64,000 bases of DNA from an uncultured virus (IMG/VR IMGVR_UViG_3300029915_000022) (IMGVR_UViG_3300029915_000022); one strand, 5' to 3'. Positions 37,623 through 47,412 are shown, counted from the first letter of the stretch. Notes: generated by a model not told the origin, from the letters alone. Numbers and translations: made by a program.

Positions 37623-38030
37623 ATGTCGAAGACCCATGAAGGAACTCCCGTCGCTGCTGCTCCCGTCCAGACCGGCCCGTCGGAGGCCGAGGCGAAGAAG
37701 GCGGCGAAGAAGGCCGAGAAGGAGGCCGCGAAGGCGGCGAAGGAGGCCGCGAAGGAAGCCTCGAAGGCGCAGAAGATCGAGGCCAACGGCGTCGTCCGCC
37801 CCAAGTCGGGGACGAAGACGGGCCGCGTCTGGGAGATCAGCGATGAGCTGTCGGCGGCGCTGAAGCGTCCGGTCGAGCGCAAGCTCGTGATGGAGGCCGC
37901 CGCCAAGGAGAGCATCAACGAGGCGACCTGCGCGACTCAGTACGGTCGTTGGCGGAAGTACCACGGCCTGAAGGGGCAGCTCGCAACTCCTCCCGCAGCC
38001 GCGCCGGACGTCACGCCCGCTCCGGCGTAG
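37623..38030 (+). CDS. TQY-x-x-W family protein, paralog 5, with Ala/Lys-rich segment
   Basis: AKKAAKKAEKEAAKAAKEAAK; RVWEISD...RKLVM......INEATCATQYGRWRK. Confidence 0.75.
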   Translation: MSKTHEGTPVAAAPVQTGPSEAEAKKAAKKAEKEAAKAAKEAAKEASKAQKIEANGVVRPKSGTKTGRVWEISDELSAALKRPVERKLVMEAAAKESINEATCATQYGRWRKYHGLKGQLATPPAAAPDVTPAPA

Positions 38031-38149
38031 ATCCCGCGCTAAAGATGAAGTCTAGCTTGGCTAGCCTGAGAGGCTAAACCGGAAGCTAGTTTGGATGGGC
38101 TGGAATCGAAAGGTTCCGGCCCATCTTCTTTTAAGGGTCTACAAAGCCC

Positions 38150-38178
38150 TTTACTCCAAAAGCCTTTTGCCCCATAAT
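38150..38178 (+). promoter_or_regulatory. sigma70-like promoter of the que/dpd operon
   Basis: TTTACT-17-CATAAT. Confidence 0.55.
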
Positions 38179-38185
38179 AGGTCTC

Positions 38186-38914
38186 ATGAAACTTCCGAAT
38201 GCGCAGCCCATTTCGAAGCAAGAACTTAACCCGGACGGGAAACTCGTAGTCCACTCCGTATTTGGAACAATCCAAGGGGAAGGGCCGTTTGCAGGGGAGC
38301 GATCCGTTTTTGTCCGGCTCGGCGGGTGCAACCTCCAGTGTCCGCTTTGCGATACGGACTACACTGTAACTGGCATCGCAGAGAATCTGATCGAAGTTGA
38401 GTACATTCTGGAATCCATCAAGGATGAAGCCGATTCAGAGTTAGTTGTTCTGACTGGTGGAGAGCCCTTTCGCCAGAACATCCGCCCCCTTGTCCACAGC
38501 CTTCTCCGGGCTGGGCACCGGGTCCAGATCGAAACCAATGGGACACTCTTTGTCGACCTTTGGAGCGGTCTTGAAAACCACCTCCTTTTCGACCTCACGG
38601 TTGTTTGCAGTCCCAAGACGGGGCAAGTCAATCGCGAGCTCCTCCCGCATGTCGACGCACTGAAGTACGTGCTCCATGCGGACTACGTTGATTCGGAAGA
38701 CGGCCTACCCTTAACAGCTCTGAACCATTCGGCTTTTCCGAGGGTCTTCCGACCGCCGAAGGGATGGGAATTCTACGGAAAGATCTACATCCACCCGGTC
38801 GATTCTGGCGACCAGGAAGAAAACAAGCGGCACATGAAAGCCGCTTTTGATTCGGCTGTTGCATTCGGCTACACTCTCGGCGTCCAGATGCACAAAATCT
38901 ACGGAGTTCCATAA
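38186..38914 (+). CDS. queE: 7-carboxy-7-deazaguanine synthase (radical SAM)
   Basis: TIQGEG, RLGGCNLQCPLCDT, TGGEP, ETNG, CSPK, QMHK. Confidence 0.95.
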   Translation: MKLPNAQPISKQELNPDGKLVVHSVFGTIQGEGPFAGERSVFVRLGGCNLQCPLCDTDYTVTGIAENLIEVEYILESIKDEADSELVVLTGGEPFRQNIRPLVHSLLRAGHRVQIETNGTLFVDLWSGLENHLLFDLTVVCSPKTGQVNRELLPHVDALKYVLHADYVDSEDGLPLTALNHSAFPRVFRPPKGWEFYGKIYIHPVDSGDQEENKRHMKAAFDSAVAFGYTLGVQMHKIYGVP

Positions 38915-39696
38915 TGGAAAAAGCTCTCGTTGTTCTTTCTGGCGGTCAAGATTCCACCACCTGCCTCTTCTGGGCGAAACAACAGGGGTGGGAGGTCCAC
39001 GCGGTTACCTTCGACTATGGCCAGCGGCATCGACTCGAGATCCAGTCTGCTTTGCGGATCGCAGAGCTCGCGTCCGTAAAGTCTATGGAAGTCGTTCGGC
39101 TGGGAGCGATTCTGGTCGGGTCCTCACCACTCATTTCTGGGAACCTTCTTGAGCAGTACAAGGATCATTCGAGCCTTCCGGGAGGGCTGGAAAAGACCTT
39201 CGTCCCCATGCGGAACCAGCTTTTCTTGACTGTAGCTGCCAACCGCGCAGCTGTTATCGGGGCAACGCGCCTTGTCACCGGCGTGTGCGAAGAAGATTAC
39301 GGAGGATATCCGGATTGCAGGAGAAACTTCATTCTGGCTTTGCAGGTTGCCTGCAATCTCGGAACCTTTACTGGCGAGCCGGGTGCTCCGCAACCGCTCC
39401 AGATTGAAACACCGTTGATGAATCTGACTAAGGCACAGTCGGTAGAGTTGGCGATGGAGCTTCCAGGGTGCTACGAAGCTCTTGCGTACTCCCATACCGC
39501 TTACGATGGTATCTACCCTCCGACCGGGAGGGATCATGCAAGTCTGCTCCGTGCGAAGGGTTTCGAAGAAGCCGGAATTCCTGATCCCCTTGTGCTTCGT
39601 GCATGGATGACCGACGCAATGGATCTCCCGAGTACCGTGAACTACGGGCAGGACATCGTCAAGAAGTATGCGGCTCTTCTTGGGAAGGTGTCGTAA
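38914..39696 (+). CDS. queC: 7-cyano-7-deazaguanine synthase
   Basis: SGGQDSTT, FDYGQRH, VPMRN, GYPDCR, TPLM.LTK. Confidence 0.95.
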   Translation: MEKALVVLSGGQDSTTCLFWAKQQGWEVHAVTFDYGQRHRLEIQSALRIAELASVKSMEVVRLGAILVGSSPLISGNLLEQYKDHSSLPGGLEKTFVPMRNQLFLTVAANRAAVIGATRLVTGVCEEDYGGYPDCRRNFILALQVACNLGTFTGEPGAPQPLQIETPLMNLTKAQSVELAMELPGCYEALAYSHTAYDGIYPPTGRDHASLLRAKGFEEAGIPDPLVLRAWMTDAMDLPSTVNYGQDIVKKYAALLGKVS

Positions 39697-40151
39697 TGGC
39701 CGGAGTTATCGAGGCGGTTCGCTACCACGATATCTCGGTCGGCCATCGTGTTTGCAGACACGAATCGAAGTGTGCGAATTTGCACGGGCACAACTACAGA
39801 ATCCATTTTGTAGTCCAGCAAGAGAATCCCGAATCGGTAGACGCTGTCGGGCGGGTTCTGGACTTCTCCGTGATCAAGTCGAAGTTGTGCATGTGGCTTG
39901 AAAACCACTGGGATCATAAGTTCTTGATCTGGGAAAGAGATCCTCTCGCTACCATTCTAAAGAAAGCGGATTCGACCGTCATCTGGAGCTCGTTCAACCC
40001 GACGGCTGAAAACATGGCGAAGTTCCTGGTCCAGATCGTCGGACCTGAGCAACTCCTTGGGACCGGGTGCGTCCTGGTCGCTGTCAAGGTTGAAGAGACC
40101 GCGAAGTGCGCAGCAACCTACTCTCTCCAAACGGTGAACTCAGGTGAGTAA
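39696..40151 (+). CDS. queD: 6-carboxytetrahydropterin synthase
   Basis: GH...[24 protein letters not shown]; start MAGVIE overlaps queC stop. Confidence 0.93.
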   Translation: MAGVIEAVRYHDISVGHRVCRHESKCANLHGHNYRIHFVVQQENPESVDAVGRVLDFSVIKSKLCMWLENHWDHKFLIWERDPLATILKKADSTVIWSSFNPTAENMAKFLVQIVGPEQLLGTGCVLVAVKVEETAKCAATYSLQTVNSGE

Positions 40152-40731
40152 AAAGATCGCTGCAAGGCTTCTTATGGTCTCGGATTCCGTAGAGGCGATA
40201 ATCGAACTTCTTGTCCCGAATCCGACCCGGGAAGGTCTAAAGGAGACGCCACTCCGGGTTGCGAAGGCGTGGGGAGAATGGCTCTCGGGATACAACCAGA
40301 AGCCCGAGGATGTCCTCAAGGTCTTTGAGGACGGAGCGGAAGAGTATGACGAATTCGTCATGGTCCGCAACATCCCATTCTACTCCCACTGCGAACACCA
40401 CATGGCTCCGTTCTTCGGGACCGCGACTGTCTCGTACATTCCAAACGAGAAGATCGTTGGGCTCTCCAAGCTTGCACGCCTTGTGGACATCTACGCAAAG
40501 CGGCTCCAAGTTCAGGAGCGGCTTACCAAGCAGATCGCAAACGCCATCGAAGAGCATCTTGCTCCGAAAGGCGTTGCCGTGGTGATCAAGGCTCGACACT
40601 TTTGCATGGAGTCGCGCGGTGTCCACAAGCAGGGTGAGGAAACGGTTACGTCGGCGCTCCGAGGCGTGATCAAGAAGGACCCGGCTGCTCGCATGGAATT
40701 CTTCCAACTCGCTGATATCAACGGAAAGTAG
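40144..40731 (+). CDS. folE: GTP cyclohydrolase I
   Basis: [36 protein letters not shown]. Confidence 0.96.
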   Translation: MSKKIAARLLMVSDSVEAIIELLVPNPTREGLKETPLRVAKAWGEWLSGYNQKPEDVLKVFEDGAEEYDEFVMVRNIPFYSHCEHHMAPFFGTATVSYIPNEKIVGLSKLARLVDIYAKRLQVQERLTKQIANAIEEHLAPKGVAVVIKARHFCMESRGVHKQGEETVTSALRGVIKKDPAARMEFFQLADINGK

Positions 40732-40734
40732 ACC

Positions 40735-41712
40735 ATGGACATGGAATTCAAGGTCGGTTCTGGTGGATTCGTTAAGTACGTCGACCATATAGGGTCGGAC
40801 GAATCTCTTGTACGAACCGCACGCAAGTCGACGACAAGAGGCTTTGTGTCGTGGGAACCCTACTTCCGGTGCAAGCACAAACTGTGCTCCGCCTGGAAGT
40901 TTTTCGTTGAACCTGGGTGGCGCGACTATTCGACGGCTTCATGGTCCACCGGACTTACGCACATTCATGAGAGAGGGGAATCTTTTCCTCGAGGGGATCT
41001 CGGTATCTTGATGTATATGATGGAGAACCGGCATACGTCTCCAATCGAATTCGGAGAGATCATCTTCGACCTTCGGATTCCGATGGACATCTGGAGGCAG
41101 GTGGTTCGGCATCGTACTGCGAATGTCTCCGAATATTCGACTCGGTATTCGGAAGCCATTGACGAGATGGCTACGACGGCTCCAGACGAGTGGCGCACGC
41201 AAGGAACTTCCAACCGTCAGGGAAGTTCGGGACTCCTTCCAGAGGAGGATGGAAGGGGACTTTCAGTGGTAGAAGCCGAGTTTCACGCAAGGGCTCGAGA
41301 TGTCTATAAGCACCGGCTAGAGCTCGGTGTCGCAAAGGAGCAGGCTCGCAAGGATCTTCCGCTCTCGAACTACACCGAAGTCTTCTGGAAGATGGATCTG
41401 CACAACCTCTTCCACTTCCTGAGTCTTCGGCTAGACCAGCACGCGCAGAAAGAGGCGCGCGACTTCGGACAAGCGATCGCTTCAATCGTGAAAGAGTTAT
41501 TCCCTCGAACTTACGAAGCTTTCGAGGAGCATAAACTCGGGTCGGTCACGTTCTCACGTACGCAGTACAACGTGCTCGTGAAACTTCTCAAGAGTACGGA
41601 TGGCGGGATCAGCTTTACTGATCCTCTCCGGGTCCAAGGCCATCCTTACTACGGAGATGAGAAGAAGTCCGAACGGGCGAAATTCCTCTCCAAGATTGGA
41701 ATCAAGGAGTAG
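40735..41712 (+). CDS. thyX: FAD-dependent thymidylate synthase
   Basis: HTSPIE, RHRTANVSEYSTRY, EQARKDLP, HAQKE. Confidence 0.93.
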   Translation: MDMEFKVGSGGFVKYVDHIGSDESLVRTARKSTTRGFVSWEPYFRCKHKLCSAWKFFVEPGWRDYSTASWSTGLTHIHERGESFPRGDLGILMYMMENRHTSPIEFGEIIFDLRIPMDIWRQVVRHRTANVSEYSTRYSEAIDEMATTAPDEWRTQGTSNRQGSSGLLPEEDGRGLSVVEAEFHARARDVYKHRLELGVAKEQARKDLPLSNYTEVFWKMDLHNLFHFLSLRLDQHAQKEARDFGQAIASIVKELFPRTYEAFEEHKLGSVTFSRTQYNVLVKLLKSTDGGISFTDPLRVQGHPYYGDEKKSERAKFLSKIGIKE

Positions 41713-41745
41713 ACGCTACACCGATCTAGCATAGGAGTCCGCCGA

Positions 41746-42663
41746 ATGCGATTGTATCTAGCTGGAATCTTCACTGCCGGGTTTCACCCGTTCGGAAGTG
41801 CATGGTCACGGTGTACGGATCAGGAACGCGCGCAGCGGAATAGTGCATCCCACCTTCTCGAATCGTACCACTACTTCAAGAGCCCTACCAAGATAGATCC
41901 CATGCGGCGGGAAGGTCGCAAGATGTTTCTGGACTCCGGGGCATTCTCTGCATACACCAAAGGGGTTGACATTGACCTCCCGGCCTACTGCGAGTTCATC
42001 AAAGCCAATCTCGACATCATCGAAAATGTTGATGGCTGTCTGCTTGCTTCTGTTCTTGACGGCATCGGTGATCCCCAAAAGACCTGGGAGAACCAGCAAA
42101 GAATGGAGCGTCTCGGAGTCAAGCCCCTGCCTTGTTTTCACTTTGGGGAAGACCCACGGTATCTTGATTACTACGCCGCGAACTACGAGTATATCACCAT
42201 CGGTGGTATGGTGCCAATCCAGAAGCCTCAACTCTTCACATGGCTGGATCGAATCTGGGAGAAGCACCTTTGCGATGGAGCTGGCAGGCCAAAGGTTCGT
42301 GTTCATGGATTCGGACTAACGCGAATCGATATGATGCGGCGTTACCCGTGGTTCTCCGTGGATTCTTCGTCATGGGTGCAAGTGGCGCGCGTCGGTGGTA
42401 TGCAACTCCTGGACGGAGGCATGGTTAGCGTTTCGGAAGAAGCTCCTTCTCGCAAACAGTTCGACCGCCACATCGATACAATGTCCAAGGAGCACCGCGC
42501 AGCACTGGAGAAACAGCTTGTGGAAGCGGGGACAGACCTCGTACGTATGCGAACAACTTACCTTGCACGCTGGGCGTATAACATTTGGGCGTTTGAAATG
42601 ATTGGACGCGACCAGAAGAAGCAAAACGACGTCTTCAAATTTGATCAGATCGGACTTTTCTAA
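41746..42663 (+). CDS. dpdA: DpdA-like 7-deazaguanine DNA transglycosylase (TGT fold)
   Basis: FLDSGAFS, P.FH.GE, IGG, VHGFG, SVDSSSW; same operon as queE/C/D and folE. Confidence 0.8.
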   Translation: MRLYLAGIFTAGFHPFGSAWSRCTDQERAQRNSASHLLESYHYFKSPTKIDPMRREGRKMFLDSGAFSAYTKGVDIDLPAYCEFIKANLDIIENVDGCLLASVLDGIGDPQKTWENQQRMERLGVKPLPCFHFGEDPRYLDYYAANYEYITIGGMVPIQKPQLFTWLDRIWEKHLCDGAGRPKVRVHGFGLTRIDMMRRYPWFSVDSSSWVQVARVGGMQLLDGGMVSVSEEAPSRKQFDRHIDTMSKEHRAALEKQLVEAGTDLVRMRTTYLARWAYNIWAFEMIGRDQKKQNDVFKFDQIGLF

Positions 42664-43623
42664 ATGCTTGAGACTCTCAAGTTTGTCGGATCAAGCGTCG
42701 CTAAGAAGGACTACGTCCCGAGTCTGACGCACTTCCGTATTCAGAATGGAAGGATTCTCGGCTACAATGGGCGAATTGCGATCAGTAGCCCTATTGACCT
42801 GGACCTAACCTGTTCACCACAGGCCGTACCTTTTATCAAGGCGATCCAGACAAGCCGTGACGTCGTTCAGATGCACCTGACTCCTGGGAACAGACTTGTG
42901 GTTAAGTCTGGTAGTTTCACTGCACACGTCGCTTGCCTACCAGAAGGTCCAGACGGCTCCTTCCCGGATATCTACCCCGAGGGCGAAACCGTTCCGATCG
43001 AGGGGTCTGCATTCGTCGATGTCCTAAGCGAGCTCGAGCCCTTCATCAGCGAAGACGCTTCCCGGCCCTGGTCGCAGGGGATCCTTTTGCGCGACCGTAG
43101 TGCGTACGTGACTAACAATGTGATCCTGATACAAAAGTGGATTGGGATCTCTTTTCCGGATCTTAATATTCCAAGAGAGGCAATTAAAGAGCTCTCACGG
43201 ATTGGGGAGACTCCGGAAAAGATCCAAATTGGAAGGACCTCAATTACGTTCCATTACGCATCCGGGCGATGGCTGCGCTCCCAGATGCTTACGAACGAGT
43301 GGCCGAACGTAGAAGGATTACTCGGTGCGGAATCTGCCCCAATCCAGATTCCTGAAATGTTCTTTCAAGCACTTGAGGACCTGACGCCGTTTATTGGGGA
43401 AGAAGAAAGAGTCTTCCTGAAGGCGGCTGCAATCCTAACCCATGAGGATACGGAGCTGGGCGCATCGGTTCAATGGGACATTGGATCGGATTGCGGGTGC
43501 TACAACCTACTTCAACTTCGTAAGATCCATCGCGTTGCGAAGCAAGCTGACTTTACGACGTACCCTCGCCCGATGCCATTCTTTGGCGACAACCTACGCG
43601 GTGTGATTACTGGAATGAGGTAG
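42664..43623 (+). CDS. DNA polymerase sliding-clamp (beta-subunit-like) protein
   Basis: 319 aa directly before PolA; end pattern PMPFFGDNLRGVITGMR resembles beta-clamp C-termini. Confidence 0.6.
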   Translation: MLETLKFVGSSVAKKDYVPSLTHFRIQNGRILGYNGRIAISSPIDLDLTCSPQAVPFIKAIQTSRDVVQMHLTPGNRLVVKSGSFTAHVACLPEGPDGSFPDIYPEGETVPIEGSAFVDVLSELEPFISEDASRPWSQGILLRDRSAYVTNNVILIQKWIGISFPDLNIPREAIKELSRIGETPEKIQIGRTSITFHYASGRWLRSQMLTNEWPNVEGLLGAESAPIQIPEMFFQALEDLTPFIGEEERVFLKAAAILTHEDTELGASVQWDIGSDCGCYNLLQLRKIHRVAKQADFTTYPRPMPFFGDNLRGVITGMR

Positions 43624-43624
43624 G

Positions 43625-45670
43625 GTGCGCTCCGATTCGATTGGGATGTTCTGGACCGACGTTCAGCGCAAAAAGGGCGTGCTGAATCGCCTGCGACCTC
43701 TTGCACCTATTCCGGACACTGGCTGGACCCCTCCCAGATCCTTCCCTAATCTTAGGTCTGCAAAGATCCTAGGTATCGACATTGAATCATACGATCCCGA
43801 AATTGAGGATCGTGGACCAGGATGGGGTCGTGGTAGGCCAGACAAGTTCCATATGTCCGGGATGTCCATTTCTACCCAAGACGGATACAAGTGGTATTTC
43901 CCGATTCGACATACAGTCGAGAAGGAGTATAACCTCAATCCAGAGCAGGTCATCGCTTGGGCAAAGGACACCCTCCGCCACGACGACCAGACAAAAGTCG
44001 GCGCGAACCTTATCTATGATATCGGTGGTCTTCGGGAAGAAGGGATCCATGTCCGTGGTCGACTTCTCGACGTCCAAATGGCAGAAGCTCTTCTCGACGA
44101 GCGGTCGCTCGTCCGTCTCGATAAGCTTGGCGAGAAGTACCTTGGAAGGGGGAAGCTTCAAACTACGCTTTTCAGATGGTCGTCTGACTCCTACGGTGGT
44201 GCACCGACTCACGAGAAGCAGGCCGAAAACATCTGGAGGAGCCCTCCTCGACTAGTCGGCCCGTACGCAGAAGAAGATGCACTCATGCCTTTCGAGCTTC
44301 TTCCAATCATGTGGGAGAAGCTGGCATCCGAAGGTCTCACTGACCTATTTCTAATGGAGTGCGATCTAATTCGGCTTGTTGTGGACATGCGCTTTAAGGG
44401 CGTGGCAGTTGACGTAGAACATGCGGTCCGGCTAAGGGATTCGCTTACGCAGCGAATTACAGAGAACCAGTTAAAGCTCAATGAGCTTGCCGGGTTCAAA
44501 GTTAACGTCAACGCTTCTGATTCTATCGCGAAGCTTTTCGACAAGTTTAATCTAAAGTATCCGCGGACAGAACCAACTAAGAATAAGCCAACCGGAAATC
44601 CCAGCTTCCGAAAAGAGTGGCTCAAGAGTCATCCGCACCCGATGGCTCAAATGGTCATGGGGGTACGGAGACTTTCCAAACTCCGAGGGACCTTCGTTGA
44701 AGGGTATATCATTAACGGGAATACGAATGGGATCCTTCACGGATCCTTTCACCCTCTTCGGACAGACCGGAATGGTACAATCATTGGCCGGTTTTCGAGC
44801 TCGCATCCAAATCTACAGAATCTTCCTATCCGGGATAAAGAGATCCTTCCGGACGGGTCTGTCGAGAAGCTCGGTAAAGAAATCCGATCAATCTTTAAGC
44901 CGCACGATGGCCACAAGGAATGGGTCAAGTTCGACCTTTCCCAGATCCAATATCGCGGAATGGTTCATTGCGCGACTGGACCGGGTGCAGAAGCCGCTCG
45001 CAACCGGTATCGCAACGATCCTCTGACCGACTTCCATAAGTGGGCCGTTGAAGTCGTGCAGGCTGTCTTCGCGAAGAAGGTTGAGCGCGACGCCGTTAAA
45101 GAGCTGAATTTCGGAACGCTCTTTGGGATGGGCAAAGCAAAGTTACTCGCGCGTCTCGGTGGAGCACTCAAAGAAGCTAAAGCATTCATGGAGGCGTACC
45201 ATGCCGGAGTCCCCTTTGTTAAACCGACTATCAAAGAGATTTCGGCTTATGCCGAACAAAACGGGTTCATCGTTAGTCCTCTTGGTCGCCGTGCTCGTTT
45301 TGATCTGTGGGAGCCTAATCGCAAACGGGGTGAGGACGATGGGGAAGAAACTCCTGCTCTTCCGCTAGACCTTGCACTCCGTAAGTACACCGACATCCGT
45401 AGAGCGTATCTTCATAAGGCACTAAATCGGTATCTCCAGATGCTCGAAGCCGATTGCATGAAGAAAGCCATGTGGCAGCTCTACACCGGCGGAGTATGGG
45501 ATCAACTCGGCGTCCCAGTTCTACAGGTTCACGATGAACTCGACTTCTCCCATGCTGGCGGATTTGAACGCGAACTTGAGGAGACTAAACGCGCCATGGA
45601 GACCGCGGTTAAACTCACCGTCCCAATCCTTTGCGAAAAGAAAATTGCGGCCCATTGGGGCGCGTGCTAA
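43625..45670 (+). CDS. polA: Family A DNA polymerase with 3'-5' exonuclease domain
   Basis: DIES, N..YD, YAEED exonuclease motifs; GRFSSSHPNLQN; DLSQIQYR (motif A), K.LNFG..FG (motif B), VHDE (motif C). Confidence 0.95.
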   Translation: MRSDSIGMFWTDVQRKKGVLNRLRPLAPIPDTGWTPPRSFPNLRSAKILGIDIESYDPEIEDRGPGWGRGRPDKFHMSGMSISTQDGYKWYFPIRHTVEKEYNLNPEQVIAWAKDTLRHDDQTKVGANLIYDIGGLREEGIHVRGRLLDVQMAEALLDERSLVRLDKLGEKYLGRGKLQTTLFRWSSDSYGGAPTHEKQAENIWRSPPRLVGPYAEEDALMPFELLPIMWEKLASEGLTDLFLMECDLIRLVVDMRFKGVAVDVEHAVRLRDSLTQRITENQLKLNELAGFKVNVNASDSIAKLFDKFNLKYPRTEPTKNKPTGNPSFRKEWLKSHPHPMAQMVMGVRRLSKLRGTFVEGYIINGNTNGILHGSFHPLRTDRNGTIIGRFSSSHPNLQNLPIRDKEILPDGSVEKLGKEIRSIFKPHDGHKEWVKFDLSQIQYRGMVHCATGPGAEAARNRYRNDPLTDFHKWAVEVVQAVFAKKVERDAVKELNFGTLFGMGKAKLLARLGGALKEAKAFMEAYHAGVPFVKPTIKEISAYAEQNGFIVSPLGRRARFDLWEPNRKRGEDDGEETPALPLDLALRKYTDIRRAYLHKALNRYLQMLEADCMKKAMWQLYTGGVWDQLGVPVLQVHDELDFSHAGGFERELEETKRAMETAVKLTVPILCEKKIAAHWGAC

Positions 45671-45764
45671 TCGCTGGTTATAGGGCGGCGCATGGCCCTA
45701 GCCAATTAAACAACCATGTAACCGTACCCCTGCAACTATACTACCTTGTTACCAAGGAGAACCA

Positions 45765-46025
45765 ATGGAAGATTCAAAGACGCCAGAAGTAAACTTCAAG
45801 ACCACTACGGACCTCGTTGCTTACTTCGAGGCGGATTCCTGCATGAAGCACTGTATCGCTTCTGCCCAACACATGGGATCTATTGGTCAGGAGCAGATCC
45901 AAGCGTTCTTTATCGTTCAGGCAACCGGGTTCCAAAAGTTCATCCAGGAGCTCATTCGCAGGAACTCTTCTGGAATCCAGGTTGTCGGAGCGATTCCAAA
46001 TGGCGTCAAGCCTCCTGGAGCGTAG
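45765..46025 (+). CDS. Hypothetical protein
   Basis: AAGGAG RBS; preceded by a GA/TC-free island containing TATACT. Confidence 0.55.
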   Translation: MEDSKTPEVNFKTTTDLVAYFEADSCMKHCIASAQHMGSIGQEQIQAFFIVQATGFQKFIQELIRRNSSGIQVVGAIPNGVKPPGA

Positions 46026-46031
46026 GCAACG

Positions 46032-46069
46032 CAAATAGGGCCGACTCCCGAAGGAACCGGCCCTATTTG
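46032..46069. terminator. Stem-loop at the convergence of replication and late units
   Basis: CAAATAGGGCCG...CGGCCCTATTTG. Confidence 0.65.
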
Positions 46070-46087
46070 GTTATGTCCACAAGAAGT

Positions 46088-46669
46088 CTAACAGTGCGGC
46101 GTCAGGGTGAACGGCCCGGAGGTCGGGTAATCCGGAGATGCGCCGGATGTAAAGATCACCTTGATACTGTAGTAGTACCGTCCAGGCACAGTTGAAGCGG
46201 TGTCGCTTTCGTTCATAGCAATCTGAGCTTCCCCGAGCGTGGCCGAAATGATACTAATATCGCCATTCAGTAAACTCTTCTGGAAAATCAGAATGCTGGA
46301 TGGGAGCGGTCCCATTCGAACCGTCAAGATAATGTCTTCGACATTATCTAGATTGATTGGCGTGGTGCGATCTGCCGAATCAAGGTACGTCCAGCCGATC
46401 GGCATCCCAGAACCGCACGGTCTTACAATCGGCGTTGCGGCTTGTCCAGGCATCCGGTAGACTCCATAGATCATCGCGATATCTCGTAGACCGAGAATCT
46501 CGTAGTGGGGAAGAAAGGACTCAACCGATACGATATCTTGTAGACCAAGAATATCGTTGAGCGGCTCCTGGAACGGCGGGAGCGTTGTGGTTACAGGAGG
46601 CTCTTCCTCCCTTAAAAGAAGAAGCAGGAAGAGATCGTCTTCGTCCTGCTTATTCCAAAGGAAGTTCAT
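46088..46669 (-). CDS. BppU N-terminal-like beta-sandwich protein
   Basis: PINL...G.I.I.SATLGEAQI.....DT....G.YYY. Confidence 0.55.
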   Translation of the reverse strand: MNFLWNKQDEDDLFLLLLLREEEPPVTTTLPPFQEPLNDILGLQDIVSVESFLPHYEILGLRDIAMIYGVYRMPGQAATPIVRPCGSGMPIGWTYLDSADRTTPINLDNVEDIILTVRMGPLPSSILIFQKSLLNGDISIISATLGEAQIAMNESDTASTVPGRYYYSIKVIFTSGASPDYPTSGPFTLTPHC

Positions 46670-46677
46670 CCTTTACC

Positions 46678-47178
46678 TCAGTTGGACTGGTAGAGCCGAA
46701 GGCAATAGTCGAAGAGCTCTCCGGGTTCCGTGAGCTCAGGCGAAAGCGTGTAGACTTCCGGGTAGGTCGGCTCAAGGCGAAGAGTCCGAACCACCAGGGC
46801 AGAGCACATAGATGCGTGAGCACCTGAGAATGCGGTCCGCCACTTCAGGCCAGCCTTTTTCGCGAGGTCGTTGAGCCCTGCGCAGATGTCTGCTTCCCAA
46901 TCGTACGAGTATCCGGTGTATCGCTTGATCGATTCTTTCAGTGCGGCGGTAAGATCCACTTTGGGATCAAAGGTCGCCACTACCTTTCGATTCTCAAGTG
47001 CAAGGCCGAACTCGGCGAGCTCCAGAACCGGACCTCGGCTATCAGCTTGGTAGACGAGCTGCCCCCATTCTGATTCGATCAGAAAGAACGCGTGGGAAAC
47101 CTTCGCGCTCGTAATCTTTTCGATTACCTGGGAGTCGAGATCCGAACTTGTTGAAAACCCGATAAGGATCTTACTCAT
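46678..47178 (-). CDS. Permuted papain-like (NlpC/P60, YiiX-like) enzyme
   Basis: SHA...Y.G.SYDW...CSALV; His precedes Cys. Confidence 0.7.
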   Translation of the reverse strand: MSKILIGFSTSSDLDSQVIEKITSAKVSHAFFLIESEWGQLVYQADSRGPVLELAEFGLALENRKVVATFDPKVDLTAALKESIKRYTGYSYDWEADICAGLNDLAKKAGLKWRTAFSGAHASMCSALVVRTLRLEPTYPEVYTLSPELTEPGELFDYCLRLYQSN

Positions 47179-47402
47179 TGGCCAGTGCCTCCACCAATGC
47201 CATCCGACGCATGAGTGAAGTACGCCGCGATGTCCGTATCGGCTTGCGCAAGGGTGGTTCTGGCAAGGGTAAAGGTTCTCGTCACAGGGTTCCCGTTATC
47301 GTCAAGCCACGACAAGGTGAGAGTATTCATCCCGGGTCGAGGGTCGACAGTGAACGTAGCTCCTGACTTATCGTCGATTGCTTGCTGAGGAAGAATGGGC
47401 AT
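47175..47402 (-). CDS. Hypothetical protein
   Basis: AGGAG RBS, ATGA coupling. Confidence 0.5.
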   Translation of the reverse strand: MPILPQQAIDDKSGATFTVDPRPGMNTLTLSWLDDNGNPVTRTFTLARTTLAQADTDIAAYFTHASDGIGGGTGQ

Positions 47403-47412
47403 TGGAGTCTCC

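Noticed and set aside
40850..40990. Intein or intron in thyX
   Set aside because: The ~40-aa Cys/His-containing insertion is in frame and lacks intein splice motifs
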